DNA from: an uncultured virus (IMG/VR IMGVR_UViG_3300048606_000139)
Lineage: Duplodnaviria > Heunggongvirae > Uroviricota > Caudoviricetes
Direction: 5' to 3' (one strand)
Length of the DNA stretch: 20,000 nt
IMG/VR virus record: IMGVR_UViG_3300048606_000139
The position numbers and the translations under genes are program-made. This document shows, in pieces, positions 1 to 7,246 of the stretch (the first letter of the stretch is position 1; each line of letters begins with the position of its first letter). The notes under the pieces were generated by a model that was not told the DNA's origin, ran no database searches, and was given only the letters and a program-made list of their open reading frames with translations.

Positions 1-170
1 ACAAACAGGTCGCTGCCAGCAACAAGGTCGAAGCGCAAGATCGCCGCGCACGACATGCAGACGCACCAGTCACCAACGTCGGGCGCCGCGGTCGCGTGAC
101 CTGGTGATGCACACGTATTTTCCTCGAGCGCGTAGCCGCACTCCGGACATTTGGAGTGGCTCAAACTCAT
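1..170 (-). CDS. Zn-ribbon phage hypothetical protein (5' part; runs off the window)
   Basis: ATG at 170 overlaps the stop of 167..388. Translates MSLSHSKCPECGYALEENTCASPGHATAAPDVGDWCVCMSC..., with two CxxC pairs. Confidence 0.65.
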   Translation of the reverse strand, partial: MSLSHSKCPECGYALEENTCASPGHATAAPDVGDWCVCMSCAAILRFDLVAGSDLF

Positions 171-388
171 CCCACCGCCTCCAACTCTAAAGTCCCAATC
201 AACAACGCCCGCTTATCCAACTCGTCATCCAACTGATCGAGCAAATCGAAGTCTTCCTCGGTCAACGCCACCAGCAAGCGAGAGGTGTGCACGTACTGCC
301 GCGCGCGGGTCAGCGTGTAGGCGTCGGTTACGTTGCCGACGTAGCTGCGGGCGTTTCTCGACCATTGAGGGTGGGGGTTACTTGGCAT
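167..388 (-). CDS. Phage hypothetical protein (73 aa)
   Basis: Overlaps both neighbours; GGAG upstream of the ATG. Confidence 0.65.
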   Translation of the reverse strand: MPSNPHPQWSRNARSYVGNVTDAYTLTRARQYVHTSRLLVALTEEDFDLLDQLDDELDKRALLIGTLELEAVG

Positions 389-827
389 CGGGACTCTCCT
401 GGTCGAACCGAATCGGGTACAGCTCCGTGTCGAGCGGCTCCTTGGTGAGCGACGCGGACAGCATCTCTGCCCCGACCTGCTCTCCAGTTGTTCGGTCGAT
501 CGCGTCCAACGCGAGCAGCATCACGCAGTGTGTGTACTGGCCGGACACAAGCAACTCTACGGCGTGCACAGACAACTCGATTCGCGCCCACAGCCTGTCA
601 TCGCAGCGTTTGACCTCGCGGACCGTGCCGGCACTCGGCTTCGGCCCGGATAGCTCGGCCCTGTGCGTGGCGAAATCGTAATCGACATTCAGCGGCGCCA
701 CGCGGCGCTCGGCGTTGCGAACTATGTCGTCGAACATCTCTACAGTGAGCGAGATGGGTCCGCTTGCGCCTTGCAGCGTGGACACGCGACCAATGTTCGC
801 CCACGCCGTGGTCGGTTCACTTGGCAT
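378..827 (-). CDS. Mu gpI-like prohead protease homologue, catalytic His/Ser apparently substituted
   Basis: IVRNAERRVAPLNVDYDF..PSAGTVREV..DRLWARIELSVHAVELLVSGQY..TGEQVGAEMLSASLTKEP parallels the Mu-like protease pattern (IDYEH..PAAGWI..GLWARVEWT..EYRYxSP..LxSxALTNxP). Confidence 0.75.
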   Translation of the reverse strand: MPSEPTTAWANIGRVSTLQGASGPISLTVEMFDDIVRNAERRVAPLNVDYDFATHRAELSGPKPSAGTVREVKRCDDRLWARIELSVHAVELLVSGQYTHCVMLLALDAIDRTTGEQVGAEMLSASLTKEPLDTELYPIRFDQESPDAK

Positions 828-2145
828 CGGCGAGCCTCCGGATGCGTTTGTAGATCTCTGCGTCGCCGATATCTTCGCGTGCGAATACCGCTCGATTCAT
901 AGACTCCCAGCTGTTGCTCGCACGCGCTTCCAGCAACATCTGCACCAGCCGCGCGTCGTCTTGTTCCATGAGCGTGATTATGCGATTGCGCTCGTTGTAG
1001 CTTGGGCACGCTCGGCAGAACGTGTGCCATTCCTTCCCACCATCACCGGTTTGCTTGATCGCCCAGTGATTCGCCAGACAGAGCAACACCAGCGCTTCGT
1101 CGTCGAGCGGAGTACGCGCTGCCGGCAACGCCGGCGCGTGCTCGAGTTGGTCTGCGCGGTAGCATCTGGAAACGTCGTCGGCTATGACCCAATACATGTT
1201 GCTGGTCACAACGTTCTCGCGCTCGACGATGCCGTGCGTTCCAAAGCTCGCTACGCGCACCCGATCGCCGCGCTTGAACGCTGGCTTCGCCACGTTCATC
1301 AGCTGCCGCACCGTCTCGCGCTCCTGCTCGGTCAAGTTGCCCGGGGTAAAGCGCGGCGCTTCATTGGCACCTGGCTCCGGAACCAGCTCGATCGCCGACG
1401 CCAACGGCGTACCGTGGCCGGTCTGATCCCAGCGGACGCTGACTCTGCCCGGTGCGTAATCGCCAATCACGCCGGCGAAAACCCCTTCGATCAGATGGTT
1501 GCCCTTCAGCCGCACGCGCATGTTGACGTGCTGTGAGCCGAACTCTGCCGGCTTCGCTTCCTCGGCCAGCTGCCAGTCGGTGGCGCGCATGTCGCCACAA
1601 TCATCAACGGCGGTTCGCAGAACTTGCCCTGCCGTCTCCGACCTCTCGGAGGTCCAATGCGGTCGGCGCACCATCGCCTCCGGCGCCAGCGTCTTGAGCC
1701 AGGCAAACGTGCCGGGGGTTGGTCGTTTGCCATCGCAATGCGGCGTATGCCCCAGCGTGCTCGGCGAGACGCAGAAGCACATGCCGGCGGTGGGGTCGAT
1801 CGGCTGCAGCGGCGGAACGCCGATGTCGCCCATGAAGTTTGCGCAGGTGCCGACCGCGCATCGGATCTGCGTCACCTTATCTCCCATAATCTCGGTGAGG
1901 CTCGCGCGTCTACCGCACAACGCAGCGGCGGATGCCTGCTGTTCGCGCGCCTTCGTTTCAGCGCGCTGCTTGCAACCGCAGACGTGAGTTCCGCAATCTG
2001 GACACGTCCCGTCAGTGCACTGCGTTGAGCGGCGCTTGTGGATGATCTCCATCTTCGGTGGCGACAACGGGCCGACCGGCTTCACCGTGCGTGCGGATTT
2101 GTAAGTGCGTTGAGACCAGCCGGCCGCGTCCCATGGTTTTGTCAT
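817..2145 (-). CDS. Multidomain phage protein: Cys-rich segments, DUF2829/Tad2-like motif and two SH3/KOW-like barrels
   Basis: GGAGA SD before ATG 2145, preferred over the 2181 start in the ORF track. Motifs GTFAW..VRRPHW..DMRATDW, NMRVRLKG..VSVRWD and FKRGDRVRV..YRADQLE. Confidence 0.75.
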   Translation of the reverse strand: MTKPWDAAGWSQRTYKSARTVKPVGPLSPPKMEIIHKRRSTQCTDGTCPDCGTHVCGCKQRAETKAREQQASAAALCGRRASLTEIMGDKVTQIRCAVGTCANFMGDIGVPPLQPIDPTAGMCFCVSPSTLGHTPHCDGKRPTPGTFAWLKTLAPEAMVRRPHWTSERSETAGQVLRTAVDDCGDMRATDWQLAEEAKPAEFGSQHVNMRVRLKGNHLIEGVFAGVIGDYAPGRVSVRWDQTGHGTPLASAIELVPEPGANEAPRFTPGNLTEQERETVRQLMNVAKPAFKRGDRVRVASFGTHGIVERENVVTSNMYWVIADDVSRCYRADQLEHAPALPAARTPLDDEALVLLCLANHWAIKQTGDGGKEWHTFCRACPSYNERNRIITLMEQDDARLVQMLLEARASNSWESMNRAVFAREDIGDAEIYKRIRRLADAK

Positions 2146-2156
2146 CGTCAATCTCC

Positions 2157-2252
2157 TCATCGCAGTTTCGAGATTCCCCACAGAGACGCCGCGATTGCAG
2201 CGGCAACACCGAAGACAGTGCCAACGTTGCTGAATGCTTCAGGCCAGGTCAT
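2157..2252 (-). CDS. Small single-TM peptide (31 aa, MTWPEAFSNVGTVFGVAAAIAASLWGISKLR)
   Basis: Read manually. ATGA overlap with the upstream ORF, and its stop abuts the next gene's SD. Confidence 0.55.
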   Translation of the reverse strand: MTWPEAFSNVGTVFGVAAAIAASLWGISKLR

Positions 2253-2392
2253 CGTTCACGCTCCGCGCCACACCTGGCGCACTTGAGGTACGGGTAGCCA
2301 GCGTCCGTGCGCATGGCCTGCCACACGTGCAGCCCAGACGCGGACTTGCGACACGGGTCGTTTGCGGATGGGAGGAGTGTTTGCTTGGCCAC
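2249..2392 (-). CDS. Small Zn-binding hypothetical protein (47 aa; C..HxW..CARCG)
   Basis: Read manually. GTG 3 nt after the stop of 2396..2653; fills the gap in the operon. Confidence 0.55.
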   Translation of the reverse strand: MAKQTLLPSANDPCRKSASGLHVWQAMRTDAGYPYLKCARCGAERER

Positions 2393-2395
2393 GCG

Positions 2396-2653
2396 CTACA
2401 CCAGATCTTCCGGAACGAGTTCGTGTTGATTGTGGAGCCACGGTCTCAACTGACCGCATAGCCGCGCCATCTTCAGCGCCGCCTTTGGTGTTACGAAGCG
2501 CCCGATGTGATCGACGAAGCCGCGGTCTACGCGGCCTACGAAGCCGTCGGTGCCAGTCTTCTCGAGGATGTGCCGGAGGATATCCTCGTAGCCCGCTGGC
2601 CGTGGTAGCGTCCACACGGCGCCTTCGAAGCGGATGGCGGCGGCGGCGATCAT
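2396..2653 (-). CDS. Conserved phage hypothetical protein
   Basis: IAAAAIR..LPRP..GFVDHIGRFV..A..A..GQ..LVPEDLV resembles a widespread phage family (..QGFxTxxGRFVxRxEA..LxSEDLW). Confidence 0.7.
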   Translation of the reverse strand: MIAAAAIRFEGAVWTLPRPAGYEDILRHILEKTGTDGFVGRVDRGFVDHIGRFVTPKAALKMARLCGQLRPWLHNQHELVPEDLV

Positions 2654-2985
2654 CGCACCCTCACCGCCTGCCCAAGCGGCACGCGCAACGGCTCAACGCT
2701 CGACGAGCAGAACTCCTCGTTCTCCTCGCACCACGCCTCGTACTCGCGCTCGAGTACCTCCCAGGAATCGCGGCCACGTTCGATGCCGCAGTCAGAAGTG
2801 CAAAACATATCGTGCCAGTCGCCGAAGCTGATGGCGCCTAGCACCGCGGCTTCGTCCGGATTGCGTGCTTCCGCCCGCTCCCGTAGCGTCTTGATCTTCT
2901 GTGATGGCAGCGTGCATGCCCAGCACGTGCACCGACCGGGTTGCCGAACATCGCGGCCGCGTCTGCTGTTGCGCGAGTCGGTCAT
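2650..2985 (-). CDS. Phage hypothetical protein
   Basis: ATGA-coupled at both ends (ATG 2985). Confidence 0.6.
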   Translation of the reverse strand: MTDSRNSRRGRDVRQPGRCTCWACTLPSQKIKTLRERAEARNPDEAAVLGAISFGDWHDMFCTSDCGIERGRDSWEVLEREYEAWCEENEEFCSSSVEPLRVPLGQAVRVR

Positions 2986-3191
2986 CGTTTCACCCACATC
3001 GGAGGCGCGGGCTGGTTCAGCATCAACTCACAACAGCGGTCGGTTAGCTCCTTGTTCTGCTTGGCCAAGTCGATCGCGAGTGCTGTCAGCACTTCGATGC
3101 GCGACATGCCGCGGCAGTGCATGCCACGCTCGATGTGCGCGCGGTCCAGCATATCGCGCTGAGCCATCGCGATTAGCTCGTCGTCTATCAC
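2982..3191 (-). CDS. Phage hypothetical protein (69 aa, helical)
   Basis: GTGA overlap with a GGGGGAAG SD. Confidence 0.65.
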   Translation of the reverse strand: MIDDELIAMAQRDMLDRAHIERGMHCRGMSRIEVLTALAIDLAKQNKELTDRCCELMLNQPAPPMWVKR

Positions 3192-3352
3192 GCTTCCCCC
3201 TTCTGCCTAAGCAACGCCGCCACGCTCTCCGCGCATCGCTCGCACACGTCACGCCGCACGAGCACGATCCCTCCATCGTGCATGGTCACAACTGTCATGC
3301 GGGTGGGCGACTCGTGGCCGCAGCAGTCGCAGCGGTAGATGGCGCGTTTCAT
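3188..3352 (-). CDS. Small Zn-ribbon protein (YRCDCCG...DVCERC)
   Basis: ATG 3352 with GAGGG SD and ATGA overlap; CxxC...CxxC. Confidence 0.65.
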   Translation of the reverse strand: MKRAIYRCDCCGHESPTRMTVVTMHDGGIVLVRRDVCERCAESVAALLRQKGEA

Positions 3353-3732
3353 GACACCCTCAATGGGTTGATGTGCAATCGCAGATCGCCCGCGCGGAAG
3401 GTTCCGGTGGCACCAGCCGGCAACGTCCGCTGCCACGATGTGACGCAGCCGTCGAACAGCATGTCGCTCAGAGCGCGCGGACCACCCATGCGCCAGAACG
3501 CAAAGAAGTCCACTCGCGTAACCTCGTTACGCACTCGGCGAGCTACGACAACCGGCTGCAGATTGTGAAATGTCCGAACCTCGTGCCGCTCTGGTTTGAT
3601 CTCCATCCAGATTGAGCGCGGCACCTCAACCGGAGGCAACTCGACCATGTTCCAAAACGTTGGCTGGCCAGTGTGCAGCGTGAGCCACATGCTCTTGCCG
3701 GTGTCGCTGAGATCGGTGACGCGTTGGATCAT
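3349..3732 (-). CDS. Divergent homologue of a small phage tail/structural protein
   Basis: WLTLHTGQP..N..VDFFAFW..MLFDGCVT..RTLPAGATGTFRAGDLRLHIN parallels the ~130-aa tail-associated family (YLALHTADP..VTHFGIW..LLFxGAL..KTIxxGDTFxFxAGxLxI). Confidence 0.6.
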   Translation of the reverse strand: MIQRVTDLSDTGKSMWLTLHTGQPTFWNMVELPPVEVPRSIWMEIKPERHEVRTFHNLQPVVVARRVRNEVTRVDFFAFWRMGGPRALSDMLFDGCVTSWQRTLPAGATGTFRAGDLRLHINPLRVS

Positions 3733-3947
3733 GGCTTCGCCTTCGCCACGTGCCGCGCAAGCCAGCGGTCATCTTTTCTCACGCGCCGGCTGTAGCTGCG
3801 TAGCGCCTGCGCCCGATTACGTTGGGCCCGTTTTCGCGCGCACGGACCGCAGTGGTATCCCACCGTCTTGACTGGACACCGGGCTACGCTACCCGAGAAT
3901 CGGTCGACGCGTAGTGTGCAGACGCAACGTGTTTTGGCGCTACTCAT
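3729..3947 (-). CDS. Basic Cys-rich hypothetical protein
   Basis: ATGA-coupled at both ends. Confidence 0.55.
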   Translation of the reverse strand: MSSAKTRCVCTLRVDRFSGSVARCPVKTVGYHCGPCARKRAQRNRAQALRSYSRRVRKDDRWLARHVAKAKP

Positions 3948-4159
3948 GGTTTCCCCGCCGCCTCAGGGTTGAGCCTGACAGCCTCGACCATTTCGAGCCG
4001 GTCGATCTCGGCGTCAATGTCCGCTAGCCGCACAACATCTTTGCCCAGCAGACCAACGAGTCTGCGCGCTCTCAACAACGGCTGCCTTTCGGCATAGAGA
4101 TGCACGAGGCGTGCGTGGATATGCTCTGGCGTTAGTGGGGCGTAGATGTCTTCGCTCAC
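3944..4159 (-). CDS. Phage hypothetical protein
   Basis: GTG 4159 in a GTGA overlap. Confidence 0.6.
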   Translation of the reverse strand: MSEDIYAPLTPEHIHARLVHLYAERQPLLRARRLVGLLGKDVVRLADIDAEIDRLEMVEAVRLNPEAAGKP

Positions 4160-4389
4160 GGTTTCCCCGCCTTCACCACAACCACTCGGCCACCGGGACA
4201 CAAACACTTGAGCGGACAGCGCTCGTTCACTGTTGCATGTGCATGGCAGACCTGATCACAAACACCCTGGTGATGTCCGGCAGACACGCCCGTCTCGCAG
4301 CCGGCCCACCAAGCTAGAGCGAGCCAACCGATCGCGTGGACCACGTCGGTCAACCGCTCTCCATGCCACGCGAGACCCGGGCCCTTCAT
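4156..4389 (-). CDS. Small membrane/secreted Cys-rich hypothetical protein
   Basis: ATG 4389 in an ATGA overlap; hydrophobic stretch VVHAIGWLALAWWAGC, then four more Cys. Confidence 0.55.
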   Translation of the reverse strand: MKGPGLAWHGERLTDVVHAIGWLALAWWAGCETGVSAGHHQGVCDQVCHAHATVNERCPLKCLCPGGRVVVVKAGKP

Positions 4390-4670
4390 CGCGCCACCGC
4401 CCCTTCCCGCTGCGCCCGATTCCACAGCTCCGCGGCCCGGTTCTTTCCCCAGTGGGCCCACTCACGCTCGAACGCGCATCGCCGTCCAGACTGGCGGAGT
4501 CGCAGACCGAGCCACCGGCGACACTCGAACCAGTAGTATTCGCCAGCGCCGACGTGCCAGTCCGCAGTCTTCAGTCTTGGTGTGTTGCCACAGCGCGCGC
4601 ACAGCATTGGCTCTTGCTTGTCGGCAACGCCAAGCCATTCGAACACGGGGTTTGGGGAAGCGTCGATCAT
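4386..4670 (-). CDS. Zn-finger phage hypothetical protein (Lar/restriction-alleviation-like shape)
   Basis: CARCG..P..YWFEC..C..AAELWNR resembles the Lar-like CPxCG..C..C..AxxxWNxR layout. Confidence 0.5.
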   Translation of the reverse strand: MIDASPNPVFEWLGVADKQEPMLCARCGNTPRLKTADWHVGAGEYYWFECRRWLGLRLRQSGRRCAFEREWAHWGKNRAAELWNRAQREGAVAR

Positions 4671-4936
4671 CGCGCCATTCTCCTACGCGGCGGGACCGTC
4701 GAGTTCCCATTACTGGCCCGTTCCCGCTTCGCCAGTTCAAGCGCGATGTCCCGCTCTGCGTTGCGCGCGTTCCGCTTGCTGTCCAACAGCTGTGCCTGCA
4801 GACAGAACTCGTCGCCGGCTTCGAATGCCGCTTCGGCTTCGTCATTGCTAGGACAACGCCCCAACCCCGGCAGCGGTATCAGCCGAACATGGTCAGCGTT
4901 TCGGGGCGGCGGGGTGCATGGCCGAGTGGAGCGCAC
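4667..4936 (-). CDS. Phage hypothetical protein, first gene of the operon as preserved
   Basis: ATGA overlap with the next gene; start codon uncertain. Confidence 0.5.
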   Translation of the reverse strand: MRSTRPCTPPPRNADHVRLIPLPGLGRCPSNDEAEAAFEAGDEFCLQAQLLDSKRNARNAERDIALELAKRERASNGNSTVPPRRRMAR

Positions 4937-4963
4937 GCCTTCAAGCTGCCACCGGATGCAAGC

Positions 4964-5002
4964 GGGGATTTCACAAAATCGACAGGGGGTTACACAAAAT
5001 CG
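4964..5002. repeat. Imperfect tandem repeat, 21-bp period (core CACAAAATCG x2)
   Basis: CACAAAATCG at 4972-4981 and 4993-5002, each preceded by a GGGG run; abuts the IS end. Confidence 0.6.
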
Positions 5003-5027
5003 GGTAGTGGCCCCTTTTCAAATCGGC
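5003..5027 (+). repeat. Terminal inverted repeat (left in window)
   Basis: GGTAGTGGCCCCTTTTCAAATCGGC; 21/25 match to the other end; GGT start as in IS1 ends. Confidence 0.85.
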
Positions 5028-5106
5028 TGAGCGAACGTTAGGCATGTTAGCCGATCGCGTGGATCGTGCAGGTGACGCCGCGTTGGGCAATGAGTAAACT
5101 GCGCGC

Positions 5107-5409
5107 ATGGACGCAGCCGGACTCCCCGCGCTACTCGACGCGATCAAGCACCTGCACAACCTCGACGCCGCGTGGATCGAGAGCGTGCCGGTGCATGAGC
5201 AGCACGAGGGGAAAACCGTCTGGCAGGGCGAGGTGCAGGTGTTCGCCGTGAAGCACCCGAAGGCGTCGCGTTGCTACGCCTGGAGTCACGAGAGCGGCCC
5301 CGGCGGCAAGCGCCGGTTCCATGCGGTACTCGGGATAAATCCTGTAGATGACGCCGTCGCAGCCGTGCGCGTAGCGGTCGTGACCAGCGCCAAGCTCGCG
5401 CAGAGCTGA
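5107..5409 (+). CDS. Conserved hypothetical protein (IS passenger)
   Basis: AIKHLH..ESVPVHE..GKTVWQGEVQVF..HPKASRCYAWSH..RRFHAVL..PV..AVR matches a conserved ~100-aa family that I recall near IS1-type transposases. Confidence 0.8.
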   Translation: MDAAGLPALLDAIKHLHNLDAAWIESVPVHEQHEGKTVWQGEVQVFAVKHPKASRCYAWSHESGPGGKRRFHAVLGINPVDDAVAAVRVAVVTSAKLAQS

Positions 5410-5509
5410 AAGGCGTCCCTTGCACCCACGGCGAATCGCACAATAATTCAATGTGTTACCGCCGCATGCCCGGTCACGCGGCGGATGCTACACTGCACGG
5501 ACGAACAGT

Positions 5510-6319
5510 ATGCTCGGCAATTTGACCAGCGCGGCTCCCTGGCGATGTCATTCGGTGGTGAAGTTTCCAGCCAACGAGCCGGGGCCGTTTGTCGTGGACG
5601 CCTGGGGCGATCACATCGACATCACCGGCGGCGCGGTTACCGGGCCACGCTACGTCACGATGACTGCGATCGCAAAGCACAACGGGCCGGATGCCCCGCA
5701 CCTCGTTGCCAACGAGTACGTGAGCATGAAGCTCGGACTCGCGCTGGAGCTACCCGTGGTGATGGGAGCGATCTCAAAGAGCGAGGACGAAGATCAGCTC
5801 GTCTATCTCTCGTTCCGAGTCGGCGCGAAATCGGAAGCGCCGCCGCCCGTGATTCCGGCGCACCTCGTCGCGGACTTCCCGGACATCGCGGCCGGCTTGG
5901 TCGCGTTCGACATCTGGATTGGCAACGAAGATCGGCACGACCGCAATCTAGCGTACACGCGCAACCACCAGCCGGTGGCGATATTCGATCACAGCCATGC
6001 GCTGTTCCGCTTGAAACAGGGCGGCGGAAGAGAAGGACTGTTGAAGCGCGCGAAGCTACCGATGGTAGCCGGGCGCATCGTGCCGGAGCTACTGAGCGAC
6101 CGCGACCTGAAAGAATGGGCGCGACGCATCAAGTCGGTAAGGGACGAGACGATACGGCGCATCTGCGACTCTGCTTTGCATCACGACGCATTCGACAGCG
6201 ACGAACGTGATGCCCTCAAGTCGTTTCTTGTGTACCGACGCGACCGTATCGATGAGTTTGTTTCCGGAGCAGCGGCTTTGTTCAAGAAGATGAAGAAAGA
6301 AGAAGGGGAGTTGTTTTGA
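5510..6319 (+). CDS. HipA-like Ser/Thr kinase
   Basis: AK..HLVANEYVSMKLGLALELPV, FDIWIGNEDRHDRNL (catalytic DRHxxN) and IFDHSHAL. Start uncertain (5453, 5510 or 5555). Confidence 0.85.
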   Translation: MLGNLTSAAPWRCHSVVKFPANEPGPFVVDAWGDHIDITGGAVTGPRYVTMTAIAKHNGPDAPHLVANEYVSMKLGLALELPVVMGAISKSEDEDQLVYLSFRVGAKSEAPPPVIPAHLVADFPDIAAGLVAFDIWIGNEDRHDRNLAYTRNHQPVAIFDHSHALFRLKQGGGREGLLKRAKLPMVAGRIVPELLSDRDLKEWARRIKSVRDETIRRICDSALHHDAFDSDERDALKSFLVYRRDRIDEFVSGAAALFKKMKKEEGELF

Positions 6320-7071
6320 CCATTCGCTGGTACGCAGTGAAGTACGTGCGAGACATTCGGCGGAACGAACCGCGGAACGTTGGCGTGATCTTGTCTGTCG
6401 ACGGACAGGCGTACTGCCGGTTCGCTGGCGAAAGCGATGACGGTAAGATCGACGGACGTTCTACTCGCTGGGTCGGCTCGCTCGAAAACTACAAAGCCTG
6501 GGTAGACTACTGGAGGCATGCGGTCGACTCGGATGGCTGGGAGAAGGCGATCACGAGTCACAACTCCACCGATAACTACTACGTGGAGCGCTCTGGTGAG
6601 CGAGTTGTCGGCACAATAGCCGATGCCAATCTTTTCGTGGACGACTTGTTCGAGAAGCTCATCGGCATGCGAGAGAAGGCGGAAGAGACTGTGAGCGCAG
6701 AAGATCGTGTGGCTTCTCTCTTCGAGAGACTGGACATCAAGAGCAGGGTCGAATCCGATTTCGTGATCCCAGAAAAGCATCTTCGGTTCGACTACAGGTT
6801 TGATAACGGTGCTTCGCACTTAATGAAGAGAGTGCCGATCACTCCTTCGCGCGAGCCTTGGGAAAAAACACAGCTTGCGCTCTATGCGTTTGAACACGTT
6901 CCGACAACACTCGGTGGCCGGACCACCAATCCGGTTGCTCTGGTAAGCGGAAGCAATGACCAGAAGGAAGACGTCGTCAAACTTCTCAAGGAGAAGTCTC
7001 GCGTCATCTACGTGGATGATGAAGACCGCGCGGTCGACGAATTGCGTACGATGTTTGGCCTCAGGCACTAG
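6316..7071 (+). CDS. DUF3037-domain protein (partner of HipA-like kinase)
   Basis: N-terminal WYAVKYVRDIRRNEPRNVGVIL is the DUF3037 pattern; C-terminal RFDYRFDNG; TTGA overlap with the kinase stop. Confidence 0.75.
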   Translation: MTIRWYAVKYVRDIRRNEPRNVGVILSVDGQAYCRFAGESDDGKIDGRSTRWVGSLENYKAWVDYWRHAVDSDGWEKAITSHNSTDNYYVERSGERVVGTIADANLFVDDLFEKLIGMREKAEETVSAEDRVASLFERLDIKSRVESDFVIPEKHLRFDYRFDNGASHLMKRVPITPSREPWEKTQLALYAFEHVPTTLGGRTTNPVALVSGSNDQKEDVVKLLKEKSRVIYVDDEDRAVDELRTMFGLRH

Positions 7072-7246
7072 CGGATTCCGCAGACGCTAGCAGCACCTCT
7101 CTGGCCCACGCTGAGAGGCTTCTGCCAGCCCTTGCGGCGGCGTGTTCCAACGCTCGACGCTCTTCATTGGAGAATCTGACCGAGAGCAGCGAACCTTTCG
7201 CCAGCTTCTTCGGCACAGGCGGCCGTCCGATCTTTGGCTTTCTCAT
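7061..7246 (-). CDS. Ribbon-helix-helix DNA-binding protein (MobC/DUF1778-like)
   Basis: GRPP..LSVRFSNEERRALEHAAARAGRSLSAWAREVLL; ATG overlaps the transposase stop. Confidence 0.75.
   Translation of the reverse strand: MRKPKIGRPPVPKKLAKGSLLSVRFSNEERRALEHAAARAGRSLSAWAREVLLASAESASA

Larger units (their letters stand above)
1..5002 (-). mobile_element. Prophage (or remnant) accessory/early gene operon, continuing off the left edge and ending at the IS left TIR
   Basis: About 16 short co-oriented minus-strand ORFs, almost all joined by ATGA/GTGA or 11-nt overlaps. Many are Cys-rich hypothetical proteins, and there are homologues of a phage protease and a tail protein. Confidence 0.8.

Noticed and set aside
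2100..2140. KPWDAAGWSQRTYK resembling the KPWE..GISRxTxY HTH tail of plasmid replicases
   Set aside because: Too short, with no replicase domain attached.
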